From an uncultured delta proteobacterium (GTDB lineage Bacteria > Desulfobacterota > Binatia > UBA9968): a stretch of 64,000 nt of DNA. The notes beneath the pieces are model-generated. The model was not told the DNA's origin. It saw nothing but the letters and a program-made list of their open reading frames with translations, and searched no databases. Made by a program: the position numbers and the translations under genes. Positions 10,001 through 19,498 of this stretch are shown in pieces. The stretch covers positions 146,890 to 210,889 of the forward strand of contig CAVWLW010000069.1 of the NCBI GenBank assembly GCA_963755715.1. The letters are read 5' to 3'. Numbering within the stretch: the stretch's first letter is position 1; each line of letters begins with the position of its first letter.

Positions 10001-11001
10001 TCGGCGCCCACCGCACTTTGCGATGCTTCGGCAAACAAAGCCGCAACGGGATCGCTCAAGCCGGAATAAATCACGCCAGCCAGCCACTCGATCAAGTCGC
10101 CGGTCGGGCCGCCGTTGGACTCGAGTGTCCAGCGTTCCTCAACGACATGATGCGATGTCCAGACGCGCGCCTCTGGATCGATGAGCTTGGTATTGACTAC
10201 CCATTGGAGCGGCATCGTCGAACCAGCGATGATGCCCATTTGGCCTGGATCAATCACGCCCGCGCCAAGCAGCCCGCACTGTGTATCGCCACCGCCGGTA
10301 ACGACGGAAATGCCTGGAAGCAGACCTAAATGATGAGCGGCATCCTCGAGAAGGGGCCCAAGCACACTCCCTGACGCCGCTATCTCTGGAAACAGATGTC
10401 GTGGTAATCCAAGCGACCCAATGAGATCATCCGCCCATCGCCTTGGGCCTATCTCGAACAGCCCGCTTTCGCTTGCCACAGACGGTTCGACTACCATCTT
10501 TCCCGACAGTCGGTATGCCAACCAATCGCTTAGCGCCAATACCGCGTGCGCTCGAGATAGAAGCTCCGGCTCAGAGTCCGCAATCCACAACAGGCGGGAA
10601 ACTGTAAACAGCGGCGCCGGAAAATGGCCGGTACGCTCGTGAAACTCGCGCCCTCGCTCACTGGCCAGCTGAAGGGATTGCATCGAACCACGCGCATCTC
10701 GCGTCGGGGTTGCGAGCAATGCCTCTCCTCGGGCATCAACCAGCACCGACCCGTGGCGCATGCCCGTGGTAGAGACCGCCAAAACATCTTGCGGTCGTGC
10801 GCCGATCTTGATCATCGCCTCATGCGCCGCATCACCGAAGAGACGCCACACTTCGAGAGTATCGAGGTCGTAACCAAATCCGGCGGTCATCCGATGATGC
10901 AATGGCCGGCGCGCGCTGATCACCGCGCCAGAATCCACGTCAAGAAGCAAGCAGCGGATTTTTTTGCCGCCGAGGTCGAGCCCCATTAGGTACTGCGCCA
11001 C
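7015..11001 (-). CDS. Four-domain fusion: FGGY sugar kinase + D-2-hydroxyacid dehydrogenase + SCP2 + class II aldolase
   Basis: Kinase motifs [22 protein letters not shown]. Dehydrogenase motifs GLGAVG, NTAR, DVFPVEP, TPHIGG. SCP2 segment [34 protein letters not shown]. Aldolase motifs GGNVSVR, PSSE, IHSH, LQNHG. RBS AGGAGG before a GTG start. Confidence 0.9.
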   Translation of the reverse strand: [1328 protein letters not shown]

Positions 11002-11151
11002 TGATTTCCTCCTGCCAATAGACCAACGATAACGTTAGCCGAGACAGCCAGCCAATTGAACAGCCTCTTAGCCCAATCGAAGATTGATTGTCCACTCACC
11101 GGGTTCGAGTGTGAGCAGTGTCGGGGATATTGCTTCGGTGGCATCCTTATA

Positions 11152-11185
11152 CTATGTACGAACTGAATGCTATGTACGAACTGAA
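11152..11185. repeat. Perfect 16-bp direct repeat in divergent promoter region
   Basis: CTATGTACGAACTGAA at 11152-11167 and 11170-11185. Confidence 0.8.
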
Positions 11186-11269
11186 ATTTTTACTAAACGA
11201 GAGAGGCGTAAAGCTGTCTTTGAAGCGACGAGAACTTCTGAATCTCGGTTCTAAAGCCTGGTGAGGTTA

Positions 11270-12166
11270 ATGTCGTACGGTTCTCTGTTTGGACGGTCTA
11301 CAATTGAGGCCCGCCATGACAACTGGACGTCCTACCTCGACTTCATTCGCAAGACCTCCGGCGAGTTGCTCGAAGCGGACAAAGATTTAACCCATAAGCG
11401 GGAGCTGCTCAAGCAGCTGTCGGAGCCAGCGGTTCTCACGCGCCAGCCACTTGCTTCAGGGGAGGCCTTTTACCGCAATTGCGACAAGCTGCGCGATGAT
11501 CCTCGCTCCCTCGACGAGAAAACGCTCACTCTCACTTGCATTTACAAGTTTGCGCGCCACGAGTGGGCCGGCATCGAGGCCGCTTGGAGCGCCGTTCCTA
11601 CCCTCGACCAGTGCGACAACGTGCGCTCCCGAATTGCCCGCTACCACCTCGCCGAAGAGTTTTGTCATGTACGCTTGTTCGGCGAGATGTTTAAGACCTG
11701 TCGCCTCGATCACGTCGAGTGGATTCCCATGCCGCGCTTCACGCGCTGGTTTTACGCGGCCATCGCGCGTTTCCCTTACGCCATTTTGGGAGCGCCGGCC
11801 CTCGCCTCAGAGCTGATGGGGGTGACTTTCTATTTTCATTTGAAGCCGCTCTTAAACGAAGTTTTTGCCGACGAACCCGAAGCCCTGGCACAACTCCAAC
11901 GGCTGCTCGAAGTGATCACCCTCGACGAACTGTCACACATCGGCCAGCGCCGCAACTACTTGGGCGCCATCGCGATTCGTGTCGCACGGAGGCTACTATC
12001 GCCGATGATCCGATCGTATTTTGCCGACATTCCTGAGGCCAAGTTGCTTTTTAACGTCGATAAGATGGTGCAGGATGCGCGAGAGTTTGACTACAACCTT
12101 CTGTCGCCGCGCATCCTCGAGCGTATCTGGATCCCGAGCTACATTCTCGCCGCCAGAAGCGTGTAG
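11270..12166 (+). CDS. Ferritin-like diiron-carboxylate protein
   Basis: E...EEFCH...SE...DELSH ligand pattern. Confidence 0.7.
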   Translation: MSYGSLFGRSTIEARHDNWTSYLDFIRKTSGELLEADKDLTHKRELLKQLSEPAVLTRQPLASGEAFYRNCDKLRDDPRSLDEKTLTLTCIYKFARHEWAGIEAAWSAVPTLDQCDNVRSRIARYHLAEEFCHVRLFGEMFKTCRLDHVEWIPMPRFTRWFYAAIARFPYAILGAPALASELMGVTFYFHLKPLLNEVFADEPEALAQLQRLLEVITLDELSHIGQRRNYLGAIAIRVARRLLSPMIRSYFADIPEAKLLFNVDKMVQDAREFDYNLLSPRILERIWIPSYILAARSV

Positions 12167-12223
12167 CCACTGCGAACGCCTACGGCTTTCTACGAGAGCT
12201 TTTTCAGCGCAGCGATAGGCGAA

Positions 12224-12322
12224 TCACGGCAGGATACGGCAGAGTGCTTTGGCAAGGGTCGGAACTAAGCGGAGTCGTATCAAGCGCGCGTCGTAACGAT
12301 CTAACCATCGGGCATTCTCCGC
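12224..12322 (-). pseudogene. 3' remnant of a paralog of the ferritin-like gene at 14661-15566
   Basis: Reads ENARWLDRYDARLIRLRLVPTLAKALCRILP* versus ENARRLDRYDARLIRPCLVPTIAKALCRLLP*. Confidence 0.85.
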
Positions 12323-13220
12323 TCAGCCCACCATTGGACTCAAGCGTCCAGCGCCCCTGAACGACATGGTGTGACGTCCACAAGCGCGCCTCATCATCAA
12401 TGAGCCCGCGATCGAGCACCCACTGCATTGGCATCGTCGAACCGGCGACAATACCCATCTCGCCCGAGTCAACGGCGTCCGCGCCAAGCAAACCACACTG
12501 CGCATCGCCGCCACCCGTGACGACTGGAATGCCCGGCTGCAAACCCAGGTGGGCAGCCGCATCTTTGCCGAGCGGCCCAAGCGCGGTGCCCGACGAGACT
12601 ACCTCCGGAAAAAGATGTCGTGGTAAGCCCAGCGAGCGAATGAGATCATCTGCCCACCGTCTCGCGCTAACCTCGAACAGGCCACTTTCGCTCGCCACCG
12701 ATGGCTCAGCGACCATCTTTCCCGACAGCCGATACGCCAACCAATCGCTCAGTCCCAACACCGCGTGTGCCCGGCCGAGAAGCTCTGGCGCTGAGTCCGC
12801 CATCCACAATAGGCGCGAAGCCGTGAACAAGGGCGCGGGAAAGTGTCCGGTGCGCTCATGAAACTCGCGCCCGCGTTCGCCCGCCAGCTGAAGGCCTTGC
12901 AGCGCGCCGCGCCCGTCCCGCGTCGGGGTCGCAAGCAGCACTTCTCCTCTGGCATCCACCACTACCGACCCATGGCGCATGCCTGTGGTAGAGACCGCCA
13001 AGACATCCTGGGGCCGCGCACCGACCTTTGCCATCGCCTCGCATGTGGCTTCACCGAAAAAACGCCATACCTCGACGGTATCGAGGTCATAGCCGAATCC
13101 AGCTGTCATCCGGTGCTGCCACGGGCGACACGTGCTCACCGCGTCGCCAGACTCCACGTCGAGAAGTAAACAGCAGCCTTTTTTGCTGCCGAGGTCGAGC
13201 CCCATCAAGTACTGCGCCAC
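12323..13220 (-). pseudogene. Truncated duplicate of the fusion gene (FGGY N-terminal ~300 aa)
   Basis: Same [11 protein letters not shown] start and high identity to the fusion up to RWTLESNGG, then abrupt loss of similarity. Confidence 0.85.
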
Positions 13221-13420
13221 TAATTTCCTTTCGGTAAGAAAAGTCTAGGGAATTTAAAGCCGTCTTACCGTAATCGGGGCTCAGATGTCCAGCTTAGGAG
13301 GGGTTATGTAGCGCTAAGGAATTTGCGTTTAGCGCACCATTCCTCACCTTTATCCGAGGACTAACTATGCGTTATCGGACGAAGTGACAAACGGAGCGCT
13401 TTATCGAAAAATCGCAGGGA

Positions 13421-14263
13421 TTAAGGGGCGCTAGTCCGGCAGGCGGATCCGAAGTTTTCTTTCAGAAAGGCTGTAGTTTTTTTTCTGACGTCTGCCACCG
13501 GCAGCAGATGCCCATTATCGGGATAGAGAACGAATTGGTAGGGTTTCTTCGCAGCCTCGAGGGAGTCGCGCAAGAGATTTGCCTGTTGGACGGAAACCAC
13601 TAAATCTTTTCCACCATGCAGAACTAGGGTCGGAGCGTGCCACGTGGAGACCTCCGGGAGTATGCTGATGAGCTTGGGGTTCTGTTCGCCGTTAGGATTC
13701 AACATGGAACGAAACCATGGTGCATCCTGATAGAACCGATTCAGGTCATATGCTCCTGAGTGCAAGATGATCCCTTCGATTCCCTCCATCCTGTTTGCCA
13801 GCAGCGAGGTGAAGAATGCGCCACGAGAGAAACCGTAAAGGTAGGATCGCTTCGAATCGATCCACGGGAGCTTTCTTATTACAGAGGCGGCATCTAGGAC
13901 GACGCTTAAAGTGACTTTTGGATCTGTCCCGGGCAGCACTTCTGTTGCGCCATAGCCGGGAAGCGAAACGGCTAAAGCAGCATAGCAGACATCGTTGGCA
14001 AAAGCTTCTGCCTCACGTACGACGCTTTTGGCGCCGATGGATCCAAGAGTGTGGCCGTGGAGCAGGATCATAAGCGGGAACGGGCCGGGCCCTGCGGGTT
14101 TGATGAGATAGGCCTCGGCATTTGAACCAGAAGTCGGAAAGAGAAAATGGCTGGTGACACCGGGGGAAACGTCAACCAGCGCATCTATGGATATCGTCTT
14201 GGCGGCGTTGCACGCAAAGAGATGGAAAATACCAAAAGCTGGGAATATGAATCTGCGAAGCAT
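13421..14263 (-). CDS. Secreted S9 / alpha-beta serine hydrolase
   Basis: ILLHG, YGFSRG, PTLVLHGGKDLVV and YPDNGH motifs. Likely start MLRRF, possible lipobox LFAC. Confidence 0.8.
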   Translation of the reverse strand: MLRRFIFPAFGIFHLFACNAAKTISIDALVDVSPGVTSHFLFPTSGSNAEAYLIKPAGPGPFPLMILLHGHTLGSIGAKSVVREAEAFANDVCYAALAVSLPGYGATEVLPGTDPKVTLSVVLDAASVIRKLPWIDSKRSYLYGFSRGAFFTSLLANRMEGIEGIILHSGAYDLNRFYQDAPWFRSMLNPNGEQNPKLISILPEVSTWHAPTLVLHGGKDLVVSVQQANLLRDSLEAAKKPYQFVLYPDNGHLLPVADVRKKTTAFLKENFGSACRTSAP

Positions 14264-14660
14264 CGGGTACTTGCTTCGATGAAGTGTTCTTCGGGTTTCA
14301 TGAAACTGCCTGACACATATGGACGCAACAACTGCGAACGATGAGACTTTTGCAAAGCTCTTGGTGTTCCACACGCGGAACACCGTCGCGCAATTCTTAA
14401 GCCAAGGGAATGGCTTGGGTAAATTGGCGAATAAGGAAACTTCTATCCCTCTAGGGTGCGCCATTACGCGGAGTTCGTGAGCTTGAAAATGCTCCGTTGT
14501 CCGTAATTGTCCGTAGTTGTATTGATGAGCTTCTCTGTTTGGTGAGTTCTAGATGAGATGAGAGATGGCTTAGAAAATTTAGCCGGCCATTAAAGATTGA
14601 AAATTGGGTCCAAAACTCGCGGACAGCGGAAATGCTGTCGGCGAATGGTTACTGAGGACA

Positions 14661-15566
14661 TCAGGGCAGCAAACGGCACAATGCTTTAGCGATGGTCGGC
14701 ACGAGACAGGGTCGTATCAAGCGCGCGTCATAGCGATCTAACCGTCGGGCATTCTCCGCCAGACACAGTTCAAGAAAACGTCGCGGCGTGATCTCCTTAG
14801 TGATCTGCTGATGCGCTTTCATGGTAAAATCCTTGTTCGTGCGTACCCCGAGCGCAATCTTTAGGCGCTTGTGTGCCTGTAAAACTCTTTCCAATGCTCC
14901 GAGTCCGAGACGCTTTTGGCGCTGCCAAAAAGGGCTTTGAGCCCGGTGGTAGGCTTCCCAGTTGACGAAAAAAAGAACGTGGCGCGCCTCCTCCTGTATA
15001 ACCGGCTCAAACGTCTCGACCAACGGCCGTGGGACAAGTCCTGAGTCACTTGCGATGGCAAAGAGCGCACAGCTGAAAAAGGCATCGAAACACTCGCTAT
15101 AGCCGAAACGCAGGAATTCCCATTCGGCATCCACCGGCGGTAGTGGCGGCGGTAAATGAGGCATGGGAATCCCGTAGCGAGTCGTAAGACCTTCGATAAT
15201 AGCCGCATGCCGCGCTTCTTCTTGCGCTAGGAGCGTCACCGCCTGGCATATTAAAGGATCGGTTTGAAGAGCCGCATAACTCTGAATCGTGCACGTCCCC
15301 AGACGTTCGGTCTCCATCGCTTGGCTCCATACGGGCAAGCTGTGGAGGAACTTGAGGCTGCCCTCGTCGAGCTCAGGCCATTCAATAGCAGCAGGATCGA
15401 AGGCGATATGCGTATCTATAAAGAACCGACAGAATAGCTCCTTGTGCTCCGTCGAACCGACGACGAGCGGGCTCGATCGGCCATTCTGAGGCACAAGCGA
15501 GTGGGTTTGTAATGCCATCGCTCGGCTTATGTCGTTGGTGAAGTTATCATCGCCTTTCTGTTCCAT
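14661..15566 (-). CDS. Ferritin-like diiron protein
   Basis: ETE...QEEARH...SEC...QEEARH ligand pattern. Confidence 0.75.
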   Translation of the reverse strand: MEQKGDDNFTNDISRAMALQTHSLVPQNGRSSPLVVGSTEHKELFCRFFIDTHIAFDPAAIEWPELDEGSLKFLHSLPVWSQAMETERLGTCTIQSYAALQTDPLICQAVTLLAQEEARHAAIIEGLTTRYGIPMPHLPPPLPPVDAEWEFLRFGYSECFDAFFSCALFAIASDSGLVPRPLVETFEPVIQEEARHVLFFVNWEAYHRAQSPFWQRQKRLGLGALERVLQAHKRLKIALGVRTNKDFTMKAHQQITKEITPRRFLELCLAENARRLDRYDARLIRPCLVPTIAKALCRLLP

Positions 15567-15662
15567 TTGAGTTCCCGGTTTTTCGGTTTAATTGTCCCTT
15601 TTTATGCTAAATCTCAGGAAATTAAAAGCTAATTTGTTGTCACGCTCGTAAAGGAGCTCTCA

Positions 15663-16820
15663 GTGGAAACATTTTGCATATTGATCGCGGCCCTCTCGAC
15701 TGTTTTGTGGGTCGGTTTCGCTCTATTGCCCTGGGGGCTTTGGCGTAATCGCGAGGTACTCGAAGCGGCTCCGACCGCCGCCGACGCACCGCTAGCGCAA
15801 ATCACCGCCGTGATCCCGGCTCGCAATGAGGCCGAGCTTATTCAGCAGACGATCCCTCGCGTCGCCGCACAGGGAACGGATCTGAAGATTATTTTGATCG
15901 ACGATGGATCCGATGACGGCACCGCGGCCGTGGCGCGCCAGCTTGCCTATTCCAATCTTCGAATCATCGAAAGCGCGCCGCTGCGCGACGGCTGGAGCGG
16001 CAAGCTTTGGGCGCTAGAACAAGCCTGGCGCCAGGTGACGACTCGGTACACTCTGTTCCTCGACGCCGATATGAAATTGGCGCCCGGCAGCATCAGAGCG
16101 CTCGAAAACCAGATGCAGCAGCAAAGCACGGCCTTCATTTCGCTTATGGCCGCTCCTTCGATGGCGTCGGGCTGGGAAAAGCTCCTAATGCCCGCATTTA
16201 TTTACTTCTTCAAGGCCCTTTATCCATTTCACCGAGTAAATTCGTCCGATAGCAAAATGGCGGCGGCGGCAGGTGGATGCATCCTTGTGGAGACCCGGGT
16301 TTTGGAACAAATCGGCGGCTTTGAATCGATCAAGTCTGCGGTCATCGACGATTGTGCATTCGCCCAACGCGTCAAATTACACGGATTTAAAATTTGGTTG
16401 GGTTTGACGCATTCGGTGGAAAGTATTCGGGGTTATAAAAAATTAAGGGAGATTGGCGACATGGTCGCCCGATCTGCTTTTGCGCAGCTTCATTACTCCC
16501 ACGGTCTTTTGATCCTCTGCACCTTCGTCCTGCTGCTGCTCTACGCCCTCCCTGCTTTCATGCTCGCATCTTCAAATGGCGTAATCCGCTATCTTTCGCT
16601 GGCGTCGTTGGGGACGATGCTTTTGACTTATTTGCCGACACTCCGATTCTATCGGCGATCATGGGCTTGGGCGCTCTGTCTGCCTCTGATCGCCGGGTTC
16701 TTTCTTGTGATGACCTGGACGTCGGCGATTCGCTACTGGCGTGGCGAACGCACACGCTGGAAAGGCAGGGTCTATGCCCGCGAAGGCGTTGCCGCGTCGA
16801 GCGAAAGACAATCTAAGTAA
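15663..16820 (+). CDS. hpnB: Hopene-associated GT2 glycosyltransferase
   Basis: VIPARNEA, DDGSDDGT, GWSGKLWAL, FLDAD, AAAAGGCIL, IDDC and MVARSAFAQL motifs. Confidence 0.85.
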   Translation: METFCILIAALSTVLWVGFALLPWGLWRNREVLEAAPTAADAPLAQITAVIPARNEAELIQQTIPRVAAQGTDLKIILIDDGSDDGTAAVARQLAYSNLRIIESAPLRDGWSGKLWALEQAWRQVTTRYTLFLDADMKLAPGSIRALENQMQQQSTAFISLMAAPSMASGWEKLLMPAFIYFFKALYPFHRVNSSDSKMAAAAGGCILVETRVLEQIGGFESIKSAVIDDCAFAQRVKLHGFKIWLGLTHSVESIRGYKKLREIGDMVARSAFAQLHYSHGLLILCTFVLLLLYALPAFMLASSNGVIRYLSLASLGTMLLTYLPTLRFYRRSWAWALCLPLIAGFFLVMTWTSAIRYWRGERTRWKGRVYAREGVAASSERQSK

Positions 16821-17518
16821 AGCTGCGAGGCATCCAGCACCGGCCCGCGAATTTTCTTCAAAGTTTTTCGCGCAGCGTTGTACTGCAAGCTGAGTTTGAT
16901 CATCGCGATCCCATCCGCCGGGCGGAGAATGGCGCGAGCGAGAAGACTCTGGACGTTGATATCGCCGTTGGAATCGAGTGCTCGCATGACGTTCTCTGGA
17001 ATTTGCGTGGATGCGGTATCGACGACCGCCCGGACGACTGCGAAAGGCAACCGGCGCTCCCGCGCAAGCCGCGCCTGTGCGGCGCTCTCCATGTCGGTCG
17101 CTGTCGCCTGCGTTCGTTGGGCTAGAGCCTGCTTTTCGCTTGGAGTTTGTACGATGGCAGCGCTTTCCACCAGCGGGTCTGTGCCAACGGGACATTTGGC
17201 GGACAAGGCTTGATAGAGTCGTCGATGCCATTCGCTGCTGACGGCGTGACTTTCGCCCGTCACCCCTACAATGAGTTTAGGAAGCAACACGCTTCCCGCA
17301 GTCAGGCGGTCGTCGAGGGCAGCGGCATAACCCCAGCTCAAGAGCGCGGTCGCCCCTCGCGATACCAAAAGCGCGCCCGCGGCATAGGTGCGCTCCGATC
17401 CTATCCCGGAGTACGCAACCAATATATTGTCTCCGATCGTCGTGCATGTTCCCGCGGGAATCGCTTGCCGCGTTAGGCTTTTTAGCTCCCAGGGAAGCGC
17501 GACCACGATTCCCAGCAT
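16772..17518 (-). CDS. hpnG: Hopanoid-associated nucleoside phosphorylase
   Basis: PNP/UDP family motifs SGIG, LLSWGYAAAL, DMESAA and VVRAVVD. Translationally coupled to shc. Confidence 0.82.
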   Translation of the reverse strand: MLGIVVALPWELKSLTRQAIPAGTCTTIGDNILVAYSGIGSERTYAAGALLVSRGATALLSWGYAAALDDRLTAGSVLLPKLIVGVTGESHAVSSEWHRRLYQALSAKCPVGTDPLVESAAIVQTPSEKQALAQRTQATATDMESAAQARLARERRLPFAVVRAVVDTASTQIPENVMRALDSNGDINVQSLLARAILRPADGIAMIKLSLQYNAARKTLKKIRGPVLDASQLYLDCLSLDAATPSRA

Positions 17519-19473
17519 CAGCTTTCGTCGGCTGTCAAATTGCGATAGCGGGCCAACGCCAGCAGCGGAAAGTATTTGTCGTAACCGTGATATTTTAAGT
17601 AAAAGACCCGCGGGAATCCGGGCGCGTTGAAGTCGGGGTCACTCCAAAAGCCGTCCGACTCTTGGGTTTGCAAAAGGAACTCGATACCGAGCTGAACAGA
17701 CTCTGAGTGCACCTCACCGGCGCTCATCAAGCCCAACACAGCCCACGCCGTGTGAAAGGACGTGCTGCGCTCGGCGTGGTCGCGTTTGGACGGCTCAAAA
17801 TAAGTATCGCATCCTTCCCCCCAGCCGCCGTCGGCGCGCTGTATGCTCTTGAGCCAAGCGGCGCCGCGCCGCACCGACTCGTGTGTTGGGCTCACGCCTT
17901 CCTCTTCCAAAGCGATCAGCACGGACCAAGTGCCGTAGATATAATTCGTTCCCCACCGCCCGTACCATGAACCATCCGGCTGCTGTGAACGGAAAAGGTA
18001 TTCCAGACATTTTCCTTTGACGGATTTAATTTCCGGCCCATCAGCCAGCCGCGCCAGCAACATTAGACAGCGCGCGCTTACGTCCTCTGTGGGCGGATCT
18101 AGCAGGGCGCCGTGATCAGCGAAGGGAATTTCGTTGAGGTAGGTGTGATCGTTATCAGCATCAAACGAAGCAAAGCCGCCGTTTTTCGACTGCATGCCAC
18201 AAATCCATTCAGCTGCGCGCTGCACCGGATTGTCAAAACATCGTTCGCCGCTCTTATGCATCCCATAGGCAACCGCTGCCGTGTCGTCGAGATCGGGATA
18301 GTGAGAATTTATGAACTGAAAGGGCCATCCGCCGCCTCTCACTCTTGGCCTGTTAAAAGTCCAGTCTTGAGGCTCCTCCAGCAGTTGTTTTTCAGTCAGC
18401 CAAGCGAATGAATCTTTGACTGCGCTCAAGCTCCGCTCGTCGCCGATCTCCTGAAGCGCGATACAAGCCCACGCGCTATCCCACACCGGCGACATGCACG
18501 GCTGGCAATAAGCGCTCCGTTCACTGACCACCAACAGATCCTTGATCGCTTGTCTTTCCTGAGCTCGCAACGGATGGTTGGCTGGATAACCAAGAAACTC
18601 CAGCGCTTCGTAGGCATTGACCATCGCAGGAAAAATGGCCCCCAGCCCGCCGGCACCATTGAGCTGTTCCAATATCCAGGCTTCGGCCTTTTTGATGGCG
18701 CGGCGGCGAAGCCAGCGCGGCATTAATGGATATAGCTTGAGTCCCAGCCGATCCAGCACGAGCAAGACCCGATTAAGAACAGAACGAGTGGGAAAATAGC
18801 CGCTTCGTTGCCAAGGATCTCCGTCGAAGAGTTCTCGGATCGAGATTTTTTTTGGATTTCGCGCCCGCGCTTTGAACGTGTAGAGAATAAACAACGGAAC
18901 CATGACGGTGCGCGACCAATAAGAAACTTTGAACAGGTGAAAAGGAAACCAGCGCGGCAGTAAAACAATTTCCACCGGTAAAAATGGCACAGCGCGCCAG
19001 GGCAGCTGCTCGAAAATGGCGAGCGCAATCCGCGTAAATACGTTGGCCCGAGAGGCTCCGCCAAGGCGAAGAATCGCCTCCCGAGCTCTGACCATATGAG
19101 ACAGCTCAGGCGAGTCACCGGCAAGCTTGAGCGCATAGTAGCATTTCACCGAGCAACTGATTTCAGCGCCGCCGCCGTAGTAAAGCGGCCAACCGCCGCC
19201 TTCGAGTTGATGAGCGCGCAGATACGCAGCGAGCTTGCGTTCGAGCCCCTCGTCGAGCTCGTCGGCGTAATGCATCATCAGAATATACTCGGCAGGAATG
19301 GTGCAATCGGCCTCCAGCTCGAAGCACCAGTACCCTTCAGCGTGTTGCGCGCGGAGAAGCGCGCTCGCAGCACCCTCTATGGCGTGCTCGAGCTTGGCTA
19401 ACGGCAGTTTTTTAGAAAGACCGATCGTTTCTCGTTCTGGCGAATGATCGGCGTAGGCGATGCCGTCCCTCAT
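17518..19473 (-). CDS. shc: Squalene-hopene cyclase
   Basis: YPDLDDTAAV, QW repeats, WYGRWGTNYIYGTW and GFPRVFYLKYHGY. Start uncertain, ORF open from 19521. Confidence 0.97.
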   Translation of the reverse strand: MRDGIAYADHSPERETIGLSKKLPLAKLEHAIEGAASALLRAQHAEGYWCFELEADCTIPAEYILMMHYADELDEGLERKLAAYLRAHQLEGGGWPLYYGGGAEISCSVKCYYALKLAGDSPELSHMVRAREAILRLGGASRANVFTRIALAIFEQLPWRAVPFLPVEIVLLPRWFPFHLFKVSYWSRTVMVPLFILYTFKARARNPKKISIRELFDGDPWQRSGYFPTRSVLNRVLLVLDRLGLKLYPLMPRWLRRRAIKKAEAWILEQLNGAGGLGAIFPAMVNAYEALEFLGYPANHPLRAQERQAIKDLLVVSERSAYCQPCMSPVWDSAWACIALQEIGDERSLSAVKDSFAWLTEKQLLEEPQDWTFNRPRVRGGGWPFQFINSHYPDLDDTAAVAYGMHKSGERCFDNPVQRAAEWICGMQSKNGGFASFDADNDHTYLNEIPFADHGALLDPPTEDVSARCLMLLARLADGPEIKSVKGKCLEYLFRSQQPDGSWYGRWGTNYIYGTWSVLIALEEEGVSPTHESVRRGAAWLKSIQRADGGWGEGCDTYFEPSKRDHAERSTSFHTAWAVLGLMSAGEVHSESVQLGIEFLLQTQESDGFWSDPDFNAPGFPRVFYLKYHGYDKYFPLLALARYRNLTADES

Positions 19474-19498
19474 ACAGGAGATAATTCTCCCGGCGACA

